Assembly (NCBI GenBank): GCA_964623265.1
Contig: CAZUTK010000005.1
Location: 746 to 64,745, forward strand
Source: an uncultured bacterium
GTDB taxonomy: Bacteria > Electryoneota > B3-LCP
Reading direction: 5' to 3'
Length of the DNA: 64,000 nucleotides
This document shows positions 18,072 to 28,041 of this stretch, piece after piece; the first letter of the stretch is position 1, and every line of letters begins with the position of its first letter. The notes beneath the pieces are model-generated. The model was given only the letters and a program-made list of their open reading frames with translations. It was not told the DNA's origin and did not search any database. The position numbers were made by a program, and so were the translations under genes.

Positions 18072-18499
18072 GCGATGGAAAAGTGCTGCTGGTGGATGAC
18101 GAGATCGAGTTCACGCAGGCTCTGGCGGAAAGGCTGGAGACGCGGGGGCTGAAGGTGGATGCCGTCAGCAGCGGAAAGGATGCTCTGCAGAAAGCGAAGG
18201 GGGGATCCTACGACGCGGTTTTTCTGGATTTGGCGATGCCGGAAATGGACGGCATCGAAACGCTGAAGAGACTTCTGGCGGAGAATCCCGATCTGCAAGT
18301 GGTGTTGTTGACCGGCCATGCGACGGTGCAGTCGGGGATTCAGGCGGTCAAGCAGGGAGCGATGGATTTTCTGGAGAAGCCCGCCAAGCTGGATGTCATC
18401 CTGGAGAAGATCAAGCAGGCGAAGACCAACCGGATTCTCCTGATCGAGAAGCAGAGCGAAGAGAAGATCAAAAAGATCATGGGGAAGATGGGCTGGTGA
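18068..18499 (+). CDS. Stand-alone response regulator receiver protein.
   Basis: 'KVLLVDDE', 'AVFLDLAMPEMDG', 'VLLTGHAT', 'FLEKP'. Confidence 0.8.
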   Translation: MSDGKVLLVDDEIEFTQALAERLETRGLKVDAVSSGKDALQKAKGGSYDAVFLDLAMPEMDGIETLKRLLAENPDLQVVLLTGHATVQSGIQAVKQGAMDFLEKPAKLDVILEKIKQAKTNRILLIEKQSEEKIKKIMGKMGW

Positions 18500-18509
18500 A
18501 AAACGGACG

Positions 18510-19154
18510 TCAGAACAGCCTGTACCCCATCGTGAACATCGGTTCCACCCAGAGGGTGGAATTGTCACCATCGTAAAAGAGGTTCATTCTCACCGTGACA
18601 TCCACGGAAACGCGGGGATGAAACAGGAAGAAGAGCCCCGGCGAGAGATGCGCGCCGATGGCATCGGAAGGGTCGCGTTCTTCGCGGATGGTGCCTTTCA
18701 ACGGTTCAGTCGTGCTGTAGATTTCATAATTGCCTTCCACCATGCCGAAGTGGACGTAGTCCATTCCGACGCCGAGATAGAGGAAATTGCTTCGATCGGT
18801 GGGGAAAAGCCGTCGAATTTCCAGGGAAGCCGCGTAAAAATCCGCTTTCACGTCCCAGACGTCCGGGGAAAGCGCCGCCAGCGTATCCGTCATCCAGTAA
18901 TAACGTTCCGTGTTGAGTTTGGAATACCCGCCCGTCAGCATCACCTGCGCATTCCAGTCGAACCAGTAGAGCAGTGATACGCCTCCGCCTAGACTGGCGA
19001 GGAAGCGGTCGCGATCCACACCGCCGGGCGACCAGACGTTGCCGGAGGCGGTGAGGAACAACCGGGGTTTCCATTTGGGCGTTTCGCGCGCTTCGGTTGT
19101 TAAGGCGAAGAGCAGCAGGCTGATGATCCAGATCAAAACCGCGAGTTTGCGCAT
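18510..19154 (-). CDS. Putative outer-membrane beta-barrel protein.
   Basis: Signal peptide 'MRKLAVLIWIISLLLFALTTEA'. Alternating amphipathic strands rich in aromatic residues. C-terminal '...MGYRLF' ending in Phe. Confidence 0.4.
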   Translation of the reverse strand: MRKLAVLIWIISLLLFALTTEARETPKWKPRLFLTASGNVWSPGGVDRDRFLASLGGGVSLLYWFDWNAQVMLTGGYSKLNTERYYWMTDTLAALSPDVWDVKADFYAASLEIRRLFPTDRSNFLYLGVGMDYVHFGMVEGNYEIYSTTEPLKGTIREERDPSDAIGAHLSPGLFFLFHPRVSVDVTVRMNLFYDGDNSTLWVEPMFTMGYRLF

Positions 19155-19201
19155 CGTGAATTCCGTAGCTATTATCAAAGTGGCGTTTGAAGCGGATGTT
19201 G

Positions 19202-20143
19202 TTATCTTCTCGGATCGTCGGTGCGCGGGGTCGGTTTGCGGGCGGAATCCCGGCTGAGCGACGCCAGCAGACGATCCAGGTCCTCGGCTTCATGGATTTC
19301 GGCTGCACCTTCGCGCCGCAGCAATTCATTTCCCATAAATCGCTGCGACAGGGTGGCGAAAGCCTGGATGAAGAGGGGGCGTTTCAGGCTTTGCGCTCGC
19401 GCCGCCGTATCCATCGTGCTCGAATTCAGCCGGGCTTCGATGACGATCACGGCGGAAGCCTGAGCGGCGACCAGCCGGTTGCGCCCCAGAGATGCTTTTC
19501 CCGACCAATCCGCGTCGGGCGGCTGTTCGCTGATCCAGACTCCTCTTTTCGCCAGGTCGGCGAAGGATTGGATGCCGGTTTCGGCGAGCGGGGAGAAATC
19601 GAAGCGTTCGGCGCCGCAGCCCGGGATGATGATCGTGCGCCCGCCGGCGCGCAAGGCGCCCAAATGCGCGTTCAGATCAATGCCGGCGGCGTAGCCGGAG
19701 ACGATGCTCCAGCCGCGCGAAGCCAGATACTCTGCGTAGTCCCGGGCGCGTTTCGCGGAGATCAAAGTGCAATCGCGGCTGCCGATGATGGCGACGGCGC
19801 GGTCGTCCTCGGGCAGCGGTTCGCCGGCGATATAGAGCACCGGCGGGGGATTGTACGCCTGACGCAGCTTGGGCGGATAATGGGAATCCAGTTTGGTGAC
19901 GACGCGCACCCCGAGCTTCGCCAGCGCGGCGATTTTCGCTGCGGTGGTTTTCAGAGTCTGAGATGCGCGGCAGATCGCTTCCGCCGTGCGGCCGTCCATA
20001 GAGGGGATTTCCCGAACCTCGTCAACCGGCGCTTCCAGAGCGCGCTTGACGCTGCCGAAGCGCTTCAGCAATTCGTCGAAAATCGCGTCGCCCATGCCTT
20101 CGATCGCGGCGACATGAGCCCAGTAGATGGTTTCATCCGTCAT
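19202..20143 (-). CDS. dprA: DNA-processing protein DprA (Smf).
   Basis: Rossmann-like core 'VAIIGSRDCT...IVSGYAAGIDLNAHLGAL...TIIIPGCG' characteristic of DprA. Confidence 0.75.
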   Translation of the reverse strand: MTDETIYWAHVAAIEGMGDAIFDELLKRFGSVKRALEAPVDEVREIPSMDGRTAEAICRASQTLKTTAAKIAALAKLGVRVVTKLDSHYPPKLRQAYNPPPVLYIAGEPLPEDDRAVAIIGSRDCTLISAKRARDYAEYLASRGWSIVSGYAAGIDLNAHLGALRAGGRTIIIPGCGAERFDFSPLAETGIQSFADLAKRGVWISEQPPDADWSGKASLGRNRLVAAQASAVIVIEARLNSSTMDTAARAQSLKRPLFIQAFATLSQRFMGNELLRREGAAEIHEAEDLDRLLASLSRDSARKPTPRTDDPRR

Positions 20144-20915
20144 ATATCTTTGCCTCGCTGCCCCAATATACTTTCGGGAGGAGTTTCCAGCTTTCGAACT
20201 TCTTCAAACCGGGCATATGAAATTGAAAGAAACGGAAGAACAGCGCTTCGATTCCCATACCGATCGCCGGCGTCACCGTCATCCGCGGGGCGGCGGGGGG
20301 GGGACAGCGATCCAGAAAGCGAAGCGCACCCCACATTTCCGCTTCGGCTTTCATGCTGTGCGGTCTTTTCCCGCTGCAATTGCGGCAGAGAAAGCCGCCT
20401 CCGGGCAGATCGAACGCAATGATCTCGCTGACCGCACCGCATTCCACGCAGCGGCTCAGATCCAGACTGAATCCTAAATGGCGGGCGATGTGCAGCAGAG
20501 CGCGCCAGCGGAGCGTCCAGGGGTTGCTTTCTATACTGTCCAGAGCGGCGAAGGTTTCCGTCAAGTCCTCCAGGAGATTCGGATTCTCGTCTTCGGGCAT
20601 CGTAACGCGCAGGATCGTTTCCGCCAGCGACAGCGCCGTGTACGTGCGGCTCAGATCCGCGCGCAGGTTTTGAAAACCCTGGATCAAATCCGACGACTTG
20701 AAATTGTGCAGGTCTCTGCCGGGGCGGTGATAGAATTGCAGTTCGATCCAGTTGAGGGTTTCCAGACCTCCCGGAAACTTCTTCGCGCCCTTTCTGCCTC
20801 CCTTCACCAGAACCGATACCCTGCCTTTCGCCCGGGTGAACAGGATGATGATTTTGGAAGATTCGCTGAATTTGCGGCTGTGCAGAACCACTGCATCGGT
20901 CTTCAGCAGCGCCAT
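20133..20915 (-). CDS. recO: DNA repair protein RecO.
   Basis: N-terminal OB-fold pattern 'LKTDAVVLHSRKFSESSKII...'. C-terminal Zn motif 'CVECG...CRNC'. Confidence 0.7.
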   Translation of the reverse strand: MALLKTDAVVLHSRKFSESSKIIILFTRAKGRVSVLVKGGRKGAKKFPGGLETLNWIELQFYHRPGRDLHNFKSSDLIQGFQNLRADLSRTYTALSLAETILRVTMPEDENPNLLEDLTETFAALDSIESNPWTLRWRALLHIARHLGFSLDLSRCVECGAVSEIIAFDLPGGGFLCRNCSGKRPHSMKAEAEMWGALRFLDRCPPPAAPRMTVTPAIGMGIEALFFRFFQFHMPGLKKFESWKLLPKVYWGSEAKIYDG

Positions 20916-20940
20916 GATTTCGTTTTCCCCGGGATCCCGC

Positions 20941-22299
20941 TCATTTCTCGATGAGAAAGAGCGCCGTGAGGCTGAGGTAGATCAGCAGCCCGATGATGTC
21001 GTTGGCGGTCGTGACGAAGGGACCCATCGAGAGCGCCGGATCCACGCCGATTCGCTTCAGCAAGATAGGCACCGTGGCGCCCAGCAGCGACGCGATGATG
21101 ATGTTCAGCAGCAGGATGTTGCCGATGAGCAAGCCGAGCCGCGGCTCGTGCAGCCAGACCGCTACGATGCTCCCGAGTACGGCGCCCAGCACGATGCCGT
21201 TCAACAGCGCCACCCGCAGTTCCTTCCAGAGGCGGGGTAGAAGATCCCGCAAGGTGATTTCGCCGGTTGCCAAGCCGCGCACGACGATGGAAGAGGATTG
21301 GATGCCGGTGTTGCCGCCCATAGCGGTGATCACCGGAACGAAGAATGCCAAGGCGATCATTTGCAGCAGACTCGCCTGAAAGTAATGCAGGACGGAAGCG
21401 GAGACCAAGCCGCCGAAGAGACCGGTCAGCAGCCAGGGGAGACGCTCGCGGGTGGTGCGCAAGGCGGAGCGGTCGCCCGGTTCTTCATCGCCTGTGCCGG
21501 CGATGATCGAGAGGTCTTCCTCCGCTTCTTCGGCGATGACGTCCATGATGTCGTCCACGGTGATTCTGCCCATCAGCCGGTGCGATGAATCCACCACGGG
21601 TACGGAAACCAGGTCGTATTTGCGCACGAGCGCCGCCACTTCCTCTTGATCCGTATCCGTATCCACCGAAATGATGTCGGTCTCCATGATGTCGGCGATG
21701 GGGGTTTGGGGTCTGGCGAGGATCAGCTCGCGGAGGCTGACCGCGCCCTTCAGGACGCCGTCTTGGGAGGTGACGTAAACCGTGTAGATGTCTTCGATCC
21801 CCTCGCTTTCATGCAGGTCGCGGATTTTTTGGATTGCCTGATCCACCGTATCCGTTTCCAGCACGGCGGCGACTTCCAGCGCCATAATGCCGCCGGCGGT
21901 ATCCTCTTCATACGCCAGCAGGCGGCGCATCTCGCGGCGGGACTCGAGATCCAGCGTGCTCAGGACCTTCTGCGCTTTTTCGTCGTCCAGCGCGCCGACG
22001 ACGTCCGCCGCGTCGTCTGATTCCAGTTCATCCAGCAGCCTGCCGATCTCTCCTTCGGGCAGTTTTTTCAGCAGCTTTTCCTGGATGTGCGCATCCAGTT
22101 CGACCAGCACTTCCGGCGAGAGTTGTTCCGGCAGCAGATCCCAGACGAAATTCTGTTCCAAACGCCCCAGTCGGGGGAAGATATCGGCGATATCTGAAGG
22201 ATGCAAAGAGCCCAAGAGCTTCTGCAATTCTTCCACTTCGCCCGCTTCCACCAGATCTTCGATCTGTTTGATGTATCCGATTATCCGTTCTTCCGACAC
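20941..22299 (-). CDS. mgtE: Magnesium transporter MgtE.
   Basis: N-terminal MgtE_N, a CBS pair and five C-terminal TM helices; 452 aa. Confidence 0.8.
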   Translation of the reverse strand: MSEERIIGYIKQIEDLVEAGEVEELQKLLGSLHPSDIADIFPRLGRLEQNFVWDLLPEQLSPEVLVELDAHIQEKLLKKLPEGEIGRLLDELESDDAADVVGALDDEKAQKVLSTLDLESRREMRRLLAYEEDTAGGIMALEVAAVLETDTVDQAIQKIRDLHESEGIEDIYTVYVTSQDGVLKGAVSLRELILARPQTPIADIMETDIISVDTDTDQEEVAALVRKYDLVSVPVVDSSHRLMGRITVDDIMDVIAEEAEEDLSIIAGTGDEEPGDRSALRTTRERLPWLLTGLFGGLVSASVLHYFQASLLQMIALAFFVPVITAMGGNTGIQSSSIVVRGLATGEITLRDLLPRLWKELRVALLNGIVLGAVLGSIVAVWLHEPRLGLLIGNILLLNIIIASLLGATVPILLKRIGVDPALSMGPFVTTANDIIGLLIYLSLTALFLIEK

Positions 22300-22309
22300 G
22301 ACAGGATTC

Positions 22310-23155
22310 CTAAGCTTGGCGATTCGGGTAGATCTGGTCGAATAGTTGGATCCATTGATTTACGTTCAGCTCCTCGGGGCGGCGCGTTAGATCGAGATTC
22401 AGTTCCCGCCAGCGGGGCGGGAGTCCATTTAGAGAACTCAGAGTATTTTTGATCATCTTACGCTTCTGCGCGAAGAGGTGATGGACGAAGTCGCGGAAAA
22501 GCCCGGCGTCGGATAAACGATATTTCGGCTGGGGGAAAAAGTTCAGGCGGACGACGGACGACACCACCGCGGGCGGCGGGAGGAAGGCGTCGGGGGGGAC
22601 GTCGAAGAGCAGTTCGGCGTCCGCGACCAGAGCTCGGAAGACCGTCATCGCACCGTAGGAGCGGCTGCTCGGTTCGGCGCAGATGCGCCGGGCGACTTCT
22701 TTCTGCAGCATCAACACCGCGCACTTCAAGGGCGCTTCTCCCCGATCGAACAGCCCGTCTGCCGTCTCAAAGAGCCGAAACAAGATGGGACTGGATAGGG
22801 AATAGGGGATATTGCCGACCAAACGCACCGGCGTCGCTTCGCGCAGCAGATAGCCTTCGAGGTCGAAGCGCATAAAATCCGCGAAGATCAGCTCCAAGCC
22901 CGGGTGTCCGCCGAATCGGGTCTGGAGGGTCTTCTTCAGCCTCGAATCGAGTTCGATCGCGGTGACGCTTCGGCAGACTTTCAAGAGAAAGCGCAGCAGG
23001 ACTCCTCGACCCGGGCCGATTTCCAGAGCCCGGTCTTCCCAGTGCAGATTCAAAGATCGAACGATTCTCTCGGCGATTTCCTCGTCCAGCAGGAAATGTT
23101 GTCCGAGTTCTTTTTTGGGCCGGGGACCGTAGATCCGCCGCTGTCTTTCAGGCAC
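22310..23155 (-). CDS. rsmA: 16S rRNA (adenine1518/1519-N6)-dimethyltransferase RsmA/KsgA.
   Basis: 'KKELGQHFLLDEEIAERIV' and 'EIGPGRGVLL' SAM motif I. 281 aa. Confidence 0.8.
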   Translation of the reverse strand: MPERQRRIYGPRPKKELGQHFLLDEEIAERIVRSLNLHWEDRALEIGPGRGVLLRFLLKVCRSVTAIELDSRLKKTLQTRFGGHPGLELIFADFMRFDLEGYLLREATPVRLVGNIPYSLSSPILFRLFETADGLFDRGEAPLKCAVLMLQKEVARRICAEPSSRSYGAMTVFRALVADAELLFDVPPDAFLPPPAVVSSVVRLNFFPQPKYRLSDAGLFRDFVHHLFAQKRKMIKNTLSSLNGLPPRWRELNLDLTRRPEELNVNQWIQLFDQIYPNRQA

Positions 23156-23714
23156 GTCGAACCTCGCAGGGTTTCCCGTCCGCTCGCCGGATGAAATGAA
23201 TCACGGTGTCCCCGAATTTTCTCAGGTCTGCTTCCTCCAATGCGGGTGGAAGCACCAGCGGATGGAGGCGGCTGGATTCGAGGATCAGGAGGGAAGTTTG
23301 GTTCATTGCCGAGGAGTCAACGAAGTGCGCTAACAGCGCCGGATAATTCACTTTATCGTAGGGCGGATCGCAGAATATCCACTGAAATGGAGGAGAAGGA
23401 CTGCGCAGAAATTTCAAGGCGTCGCGCCGGATCAAGCGGAAATTCCGGATGTCCTTCCCTGCCAGATTGGCTTGGATGCAGTTCAAGGATGCCCGGGAGA
23501 TGTCCACGAAGACGGCGCTTCGCGCCCCTCGCGACAGGGCTTCGATCCCCAGCGCGCCCGATCCGGCGTAGAGGTCGAGCACATCCAAGTTTTCGGCGTC
23601 GCCCAGGATCGCGAAGATCGCCTCTTTGACGCGATCCGTCGTGGGGCGTATGCCGGACGGTGCCTTCAGATTCTGTCCGCGCCATTTTCCCGAGATGATG
23701 CGCATTCGAGACAC
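23148..23714 (-). CDS. rsmD: 16S rRNA (guanine966-N2)-methyltransferase RsmD.
   Basis: 'VLDLYAGSGALGIEALSRGA' SAM-binding motif and the 'DPPY' motif. Confidence 0.75.
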   Translation of the reverse strand: MSRMRIISGKWRGQNLKAPSGIRPTTDRVKEAIFAILGDAENLDVLDLYAGSGALGIEALSRGARSAVFVDISRASLNCIQANLAGKDIRNFRLIRRDALKFLRSPSPPFQWIFCDPPYDKVNYPALLAHFVDSSAMNQTSLLILESSRLHPLVLPPALEEADLRKFGDTVIHFIRRADGKPCEVRRA

Positions 23715-23797
23715 CCTCTTAAAGCTGGGAATGCGCAGGATCCGCTTCGACGGAAGGTTGGTTCCTTTACAGCGGAATGCGATCGAAATCCGCGCCG

Positions 23798-25093
23798 CTA
23801 CGGTTCAAAGACGATGCGATATTGTTGATCCTTCCAAGGGATCAGAATCATGCGATAGACGGCGAAATCCAGCGCAGCGCAATCGGCGGCGAATTGGACG
23901 ATCGGCTCGTACGCGCCGGAGAAAATCATTCCTTTCCGCACAATGTTGTGCCTCTCGGCTAATTCGTAGATCTGCTCGGAGTTCGGCGGGCTTTGCGATT
24001 GCGGCGCGGATTCCGATTCGATCTTTCCGCAAATCGTGCCGATTCTGCCGCCGCGGAGACGCGCGGCGCTCTGCTTTGAGCCGACGGTGATTCCGGGCAA
24101 CTGCTCGACTTTCCTGAATATGCTCTCCATTTCAGCGGAATCCGGCGCAGAGATCTCGAGCAGGAAATAGCCGGCGGTGAAGGAGAGGAGATCAAATGTT
24201 CGGCGGTCAACGGCTTTGCCCAGAATTTCCTGCAACAGAGCCATTCTTCCGCTCATTCCGGTCCAGGTCTGCGCGGAGGAAGGTTGAGTCGGCGGCACGG
24301 GAGTTTCCGCAGGCGGGGAAGCCGGCTCTTCTACGGGTGCAGGTTCGGGACTTTCTGGCTGCCGCTGTTGCGGGAGAGTTGCTTCTTCCTGCGGCGGGTG
24401 AAGGGGCGCAGACGGCTTTTCTCGGGTGGAACGCCACCAGAAGAAGCCGATCAGCACGACGACGGCGGCGACGAGCAGCGCGGGCAGGAACCAGGCAGGC
24501 TGATCCGCGCTGCGGGGGCGCCGCGGCTTCCGTTCTTCGATCGGCTCGGTTTCCACCATAGGTTTGCGGCGCGGTGCCGTCGGTGGAACGGGCGTTCGCG
24601 TCAAGTTGATGGCGGTGTAAGGGGCTTCCTGGAAAAAGACGCCGCGCAGGGTAAACCCGGATTCATGCACCGTCTGGCGGATGGCGTCGAGCAGGCGTTT
24701 GCGAATGACGGCGACGTGTATGTCGCCATCTTCTTCGATGCGGTAATTATACTGGTATTGTCCGATGTTTTCGAGGAGGTTCTTCGACAGCTCCCAGAGG
24801 AGATGTTCCTCTAATTCCGCATCCTGCAGGAAGGGATCCTGCAATTTAAGCGTGTGCCCCCACGCCGCAGGAATCAGGACATCCACTTCATTTTGTTCCG
24901 CGACTCCGCGAGCCTGCAGATTCGCCAGAATGGAGCTGAATCGCCTGCGGTGCTCATCCGAAGTCAACGCCAGGGGGGTGAGCTTAAAATCGAGCTTTTC
25001 TTCTGCTAATACGCGCTCTTCCGCTGTTTCGCCGCCTTCTGATTTCAGGAGAAGAGCGACTTCCCCCGTCTGCCATCTCAGTTGAAGTGGCAT
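23798..25093 (-). CDS. Hypothetical bitopic membrane protein with a proline-rich periplasmic linker.
   Basis: A single TM 'WFLPALLVAAVVVLIGFFWW' followed by Pro/Glu-rich low complexity. Start chosen at ATG (MPLQLRW) with RBS 'gggag'. No recognisable catalytic motif. Confidence 0.4.
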   Translation of the reverse strand: MPLQLRWQTGEVALLLKSEGGETAEERVLAEEKLDFKLTPLALTSDEHRRRFSSILANLQARGVAEQNEVDVLIPAAWGHTLKLQDPFLQDAELEEHLLWELSKNLLENIGQYQYNYRIEEDGDIHVAVIRKRLLDAIRQTVHESGFTLRGVFFQEAPYTAINLTRTPVPPTAPRRKPMVETEPIEERKPRRPRSADQPAWFLPALLVAAVVVLIGFFWWRSTREKPSAPLHPPQEEATLPQQRQPESPEPAPVEEPASPPAETPVPPTQPSSAQTWTGMSGRMALLQEILGKAVDRRTFDLLSFTAGYFLLEISAPDSAEMESIFRKVEQLPGITVGSKQSAARLRGGRIGTICGKIESESAPQSQSPPNSEQIYELAERHNIVRKGMIFSGAYEPIVQFAADCAALDFAVYRMILIPWKDQQYRIVFEP

Positions 25094-25136
25094 AATCGGC
25101 TCCCGTGACAGGTAACGCCTTCCTGCAGAGTCGGAA

Positions 25137-26372
25137 CTATCTCTTTTCGCTCCAAGACAGATCCCCGTTTTCAATCAGGCCGTGATTGGGGGGTGTGCCG
25201 ACACCGAAGATTTTATCAATGATGGATCTCTTTGCCGGGCGATACAGGGAATCGAGAGGACAGTGAATCGTCACTCCGATGGTATCCACTTTGGCGATGC
25301 GATAGGTTTCGGTGTAGCCGATGCGGGGAGCCAGCGCCAGGAATGCCTCGTTGTTCTTCAATGTGCGGCTCAAGGAATCCACGTGCGCCACGAAAACCGA
25401 GTTGCGGATGCGCAGGGGGTTATCCCAGTTACTTATGGAATCCGCAGGCATCGTGCTGGTGTAATCGCCATTCACGTCGTAGGTCTGTTTCGTCTTGACG
25501 CCGGCGACCGCCTTCAGGAACCGTGCGACCAGGACGGAGTCCTTCATAGCGAGCAGCGCTGAATCTTCCTTGACGGCGATCATAACCTCGCCCAGGGCTT
25601 CGGTCTTCAGGCGGTGATTGAACAAGTCCAGGATGAGGGAATCCTGGGTGATGTTGGGTGAAACGGGCAGATCAAAGACGGTGAAGTTCACGGTTCCTTC
25701 GAACAGCGCCCGGATGTTGATGTGGATCTTGTAGGGTTTTTCGGCGACCGGGCATTCCCGCAGGTCATTGACGGGCAATGAAAGGAGCGCTTCGGTTGCT
25801 TTCAACTGGACGGGATCGGGATACGACCATTGGTATTCGATCCGACTGTCGGAGTAAATCAAGACGGCGTGATCCTGCACATTCTTCCTGCGTTCTTCGA
25901 CTTGGATCGGTGAAGCGGATCGGGCGGCGAAGAGGGTCACGGGGATATTGCTGAATTCAGGATGGGGCACTGCGCGGATGAGGACGGAGTCGGGGGGGAT
26001 GAAATCCCAGCGGAAGCGCGCCAGGTGAAATTCGTCCGTGAAGTCCAAGAGAAGGGAATCCTTGCCGCTTTCCGTGTCGCGCACGAGGCTTTCGATTTCA
26101 TAACGCGCGGCTTCGAACAGGACGGAATCATCGCGGATGAATTCGAGATAGTCGTCGAGATTTTCGGAATAGCGCGCATTTTTAGCGGCGAATTCGCGGG
26201 TTGCATACAGGAGGTTTTCCATGCGCAGACGACAGACGTTCTGCTCCTCTGCTTGTCTTTTCCATTGGGAACTCGGGTATAAGATGCTGAACAACAGCAG
26301 ACCGAGGAGCAGGAGGATGATCAGTTTCAGGATCAGGGAACCCTTGGGTTGAGCGGATTTATCCAGTGACAT
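25137..26372 (-). CDS. Hypothetical N-terminally anchored exported protein.
   Basis: N-terminal hydrophobic segment 'LILKLIILLLLGLLLFSILY'. 411 aa, no recognised motif. Confidence 0.4.
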   Translation of the reverse strand: MSLDKSAQPKGSLILKLIILLLLGLLLFSILYPSSQWKRQAEEQNVCRLRMENLLYATREFAAKNARYSENLDDYLEFIRDDSVLFEAARYEIESLVRDTESGKDSLLLDFTDEFHLARFRWDFIPPDSVLIRAVPHPEFSNIPVTLFAARSASPIQVEERRKNVQDHAVLIYSDSRIEYQWSYPDPVQLKATEALLSLPVNDLRECPVAEKPYKIHINIRALFEGTVNFTVFDLPVSPNITQDSLILDLFNHRLKTEALGEVMIAVKEDSALLAMKDSVLVARFLKAVAGVKTKQTYDVNGDYTSTMPADSISNWDNPLRIRNSVFVAHVDSLSRTLKNNEAFLALAPRIGYTETYRIAKVDTIGVTIHCPLDSLYRPAKRSIIDKIFGVGTPPNHGLIENGDLSWSEKR

Positions 26373-26455
26373 TTCACCTCCGGGATTTCAACCTCCTCCA
26401 CGCGGGGGCGAGGTCGGGAAATTGGTGGTTGTATATAAAACGGGGCGCTGATTTT

Positions 26456-26896
26456 TCAGGGTGAACAGACGACCAGCGGCCGAATCTTCTCCAGACGTTG
26501 AGACCCGATACCGTCCACAGCGAGCAGGTCTTCCAGCGAGCGGAAACCGCCGCGGCGATCGCGGGCTTCGATGATGCGCCGCGCCAGCACGGGACCGATG
26601 CCGGGGAGCCGGGTCAACTGTTCCGGGCTCGCGGAGTTGAGGTCCAGCGGCGCCGTATTGATGTGGGACGCCTCGCTCTCGGACGCTGGCATCTGCGGCG
26701 CGGTCGTTCCGACCGAAACCGCGGATAAAACGGCGGCGACGGCTGCGGAATCTTGCGACGTCAGCGGCGCGGATTCAGGCAATACCGCGCGCTGGCAGAT
26801 GCGATAGGCGGTTCCGATGAGCAGCGCCGCGCAGATGACGATCAGGGAGCGCCTTTCCCCCGGTGTGAAGCCCCAGTTTGAGGCGGGTTTCTTCAT
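26456..26896 (-). CDS. comEA: Competence protein ComEA (helix-hairpin-helix DNA-binding).
   Basis: '[27 protein letters not shown]...[18 protein letters not shown]' tandem HhH motifs. N-terminal membrane anchor. Confidence 0.75.
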   Translation of the reverse strand: MKKPASNWGFTPGERRSLIVICAALLIGTAYRICQRAVLPESAPLTSQDSAAVAAVLSAVSVGTTAPQMPASESEASHINTAPLDLNSASPEQLTRLPGIGPVLARRIIEARDRRGGFRSLEDLLAVDGIGSQRLEKIRPLVVCSP

Positions 26897-28032
26897 GAAC
26901 GAAAGGCGTTTTTCACCTTGCTGAAAAAGGAGCCGTCTTCCGGTCGGGGTTTGATGGAATCCGATTTGTTCAATTCTTCCAGAAGCTCCCGATCGCGCGG
27001 ACTCAATTTCGTCGGCGTATAAATGTTGATCATAATGAGCTGGTCGCCGCTCCCCGCTTGGTTCAAGTGTTTGATGCCTTTGCCCTTCAATCGCAGGACT
27101 TTGCCGTTCTGGATACCTGCGGGGATGGTCACCTTCACTCGGCCGTTCAAAGTCGGGATCTCGACTTCATCCCCCAGCGCCGCCTGCGGAAAGGAGATGA
27201 GCAGGCGATAGAGAATGTCGTCTCCGTGTCTTTCGAAATGCGGATGCGGCTTTTCTTCTATTACGAGATAGACATCTCCGGGCGGTCCGCCGCGCAGACC
27301 GGCGTTGCCCTGTCCGCGCAGGGTCAGATAGTTGCCGGTGGTGATGCCGGCGGGGAGGTTGACGGAGAGCGTCACGTCGCCTTTGTAGCGCCCTTCTCCA
27401 TTGCATTTCGGGCAGCGGTCCTGAATGATTTCCCCTTGCCCCTGGCAGGCGGGGCAGGTGGAAGTCTGCACGAACTGGCCCAGAAAAGATCGTGACACAT
27501 GCCGGACTTCTCCGCGCCCCTGACAGGTGGGGCAGACGGAAGCCCGCGATCCCCTGCGGGCGCCGGTTCCCCCACATTCTTCGCAGGTCTTCAGGCGCTG
27601 GATCTTCACCTTTTTCGTCCCGCCGGCGGCGACGTCTTCGAGGCTCAGCTTCAAGGGGATCTGCAGGTCGCTGCCTCGCCGCAAGCGGTCTTTCTGGGCG
27701 GCGCGCCCCCCGCCGAAGATGTCGGCGAAACCGCCGAAGCCCCCCTCCATAAAGATGCGCAGGGCATCCGAAAGATCAAAATCGAATCCGCCGCCGAAAC
27801 CGCTCATGCCGGGCTGGGCTGTTCCGAAGCGGTCGTAGTTGGCGCGTTTCTCAGGGTCGGAGAGCACGGCATAGGCTTCCCCGACTTCCTTGAATTTTTC
27901 TTCCGCCTGCCGGTCTCCCTGATTCTTATCGGGATGATAACGGATGGCGAGCCTGCGGTAGGCTTTTTTAATCTCCTCCGCGCTCGCCTGCCGATCCACC
28001 CCGAGGATTTCGTAGTAATCTTTCTTAGGCAT
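26893..28032 (-). CDS. dnaJ: Chaperone DnaJ.
   Basis: J-domain 'DYYEILGV...YHPDKN'. Gly/Phe-rich linker. Four CxxCxGxG repeats ([32 protein letters not shown]). Confidence 0.9.
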   Translation of the reverse strand: MPKKDYYEILGVDRQASAEEIKKAYRRLAIRYHPDKNQGDRQAEEKFKEVGEAYAVLSDPEKRANYDRFGTAQPGMSGFGGGFDFDLSDALRIFMEGGFGGFADIFGGGRAAQKDRLRRGSDLQIPLKLSLEDVAAGGTKKVKIQRLKTCEECGGTGARRGSRASVCPTCQGRGEVRHVSRSFLGQFVQTSTCPACQGQGEIIQDRCPKCNGEGRYKGDVTLSVNLPAGITTGNYLTLRGQGNAGLRGGPPGDVYLVIEEKPHPHFERHGDDILYRLLISFPQAALGDEVEIPTLNGRVKVTIPAGIQNGKVLRLKGKGIKHLNQAGSGDQLIMINIYTPTKLSPRDRELLEELNKSDSIKPRPEDGSFFSKVKNAFRS

Positions 28033-28041
28033 GCTGGCAAA

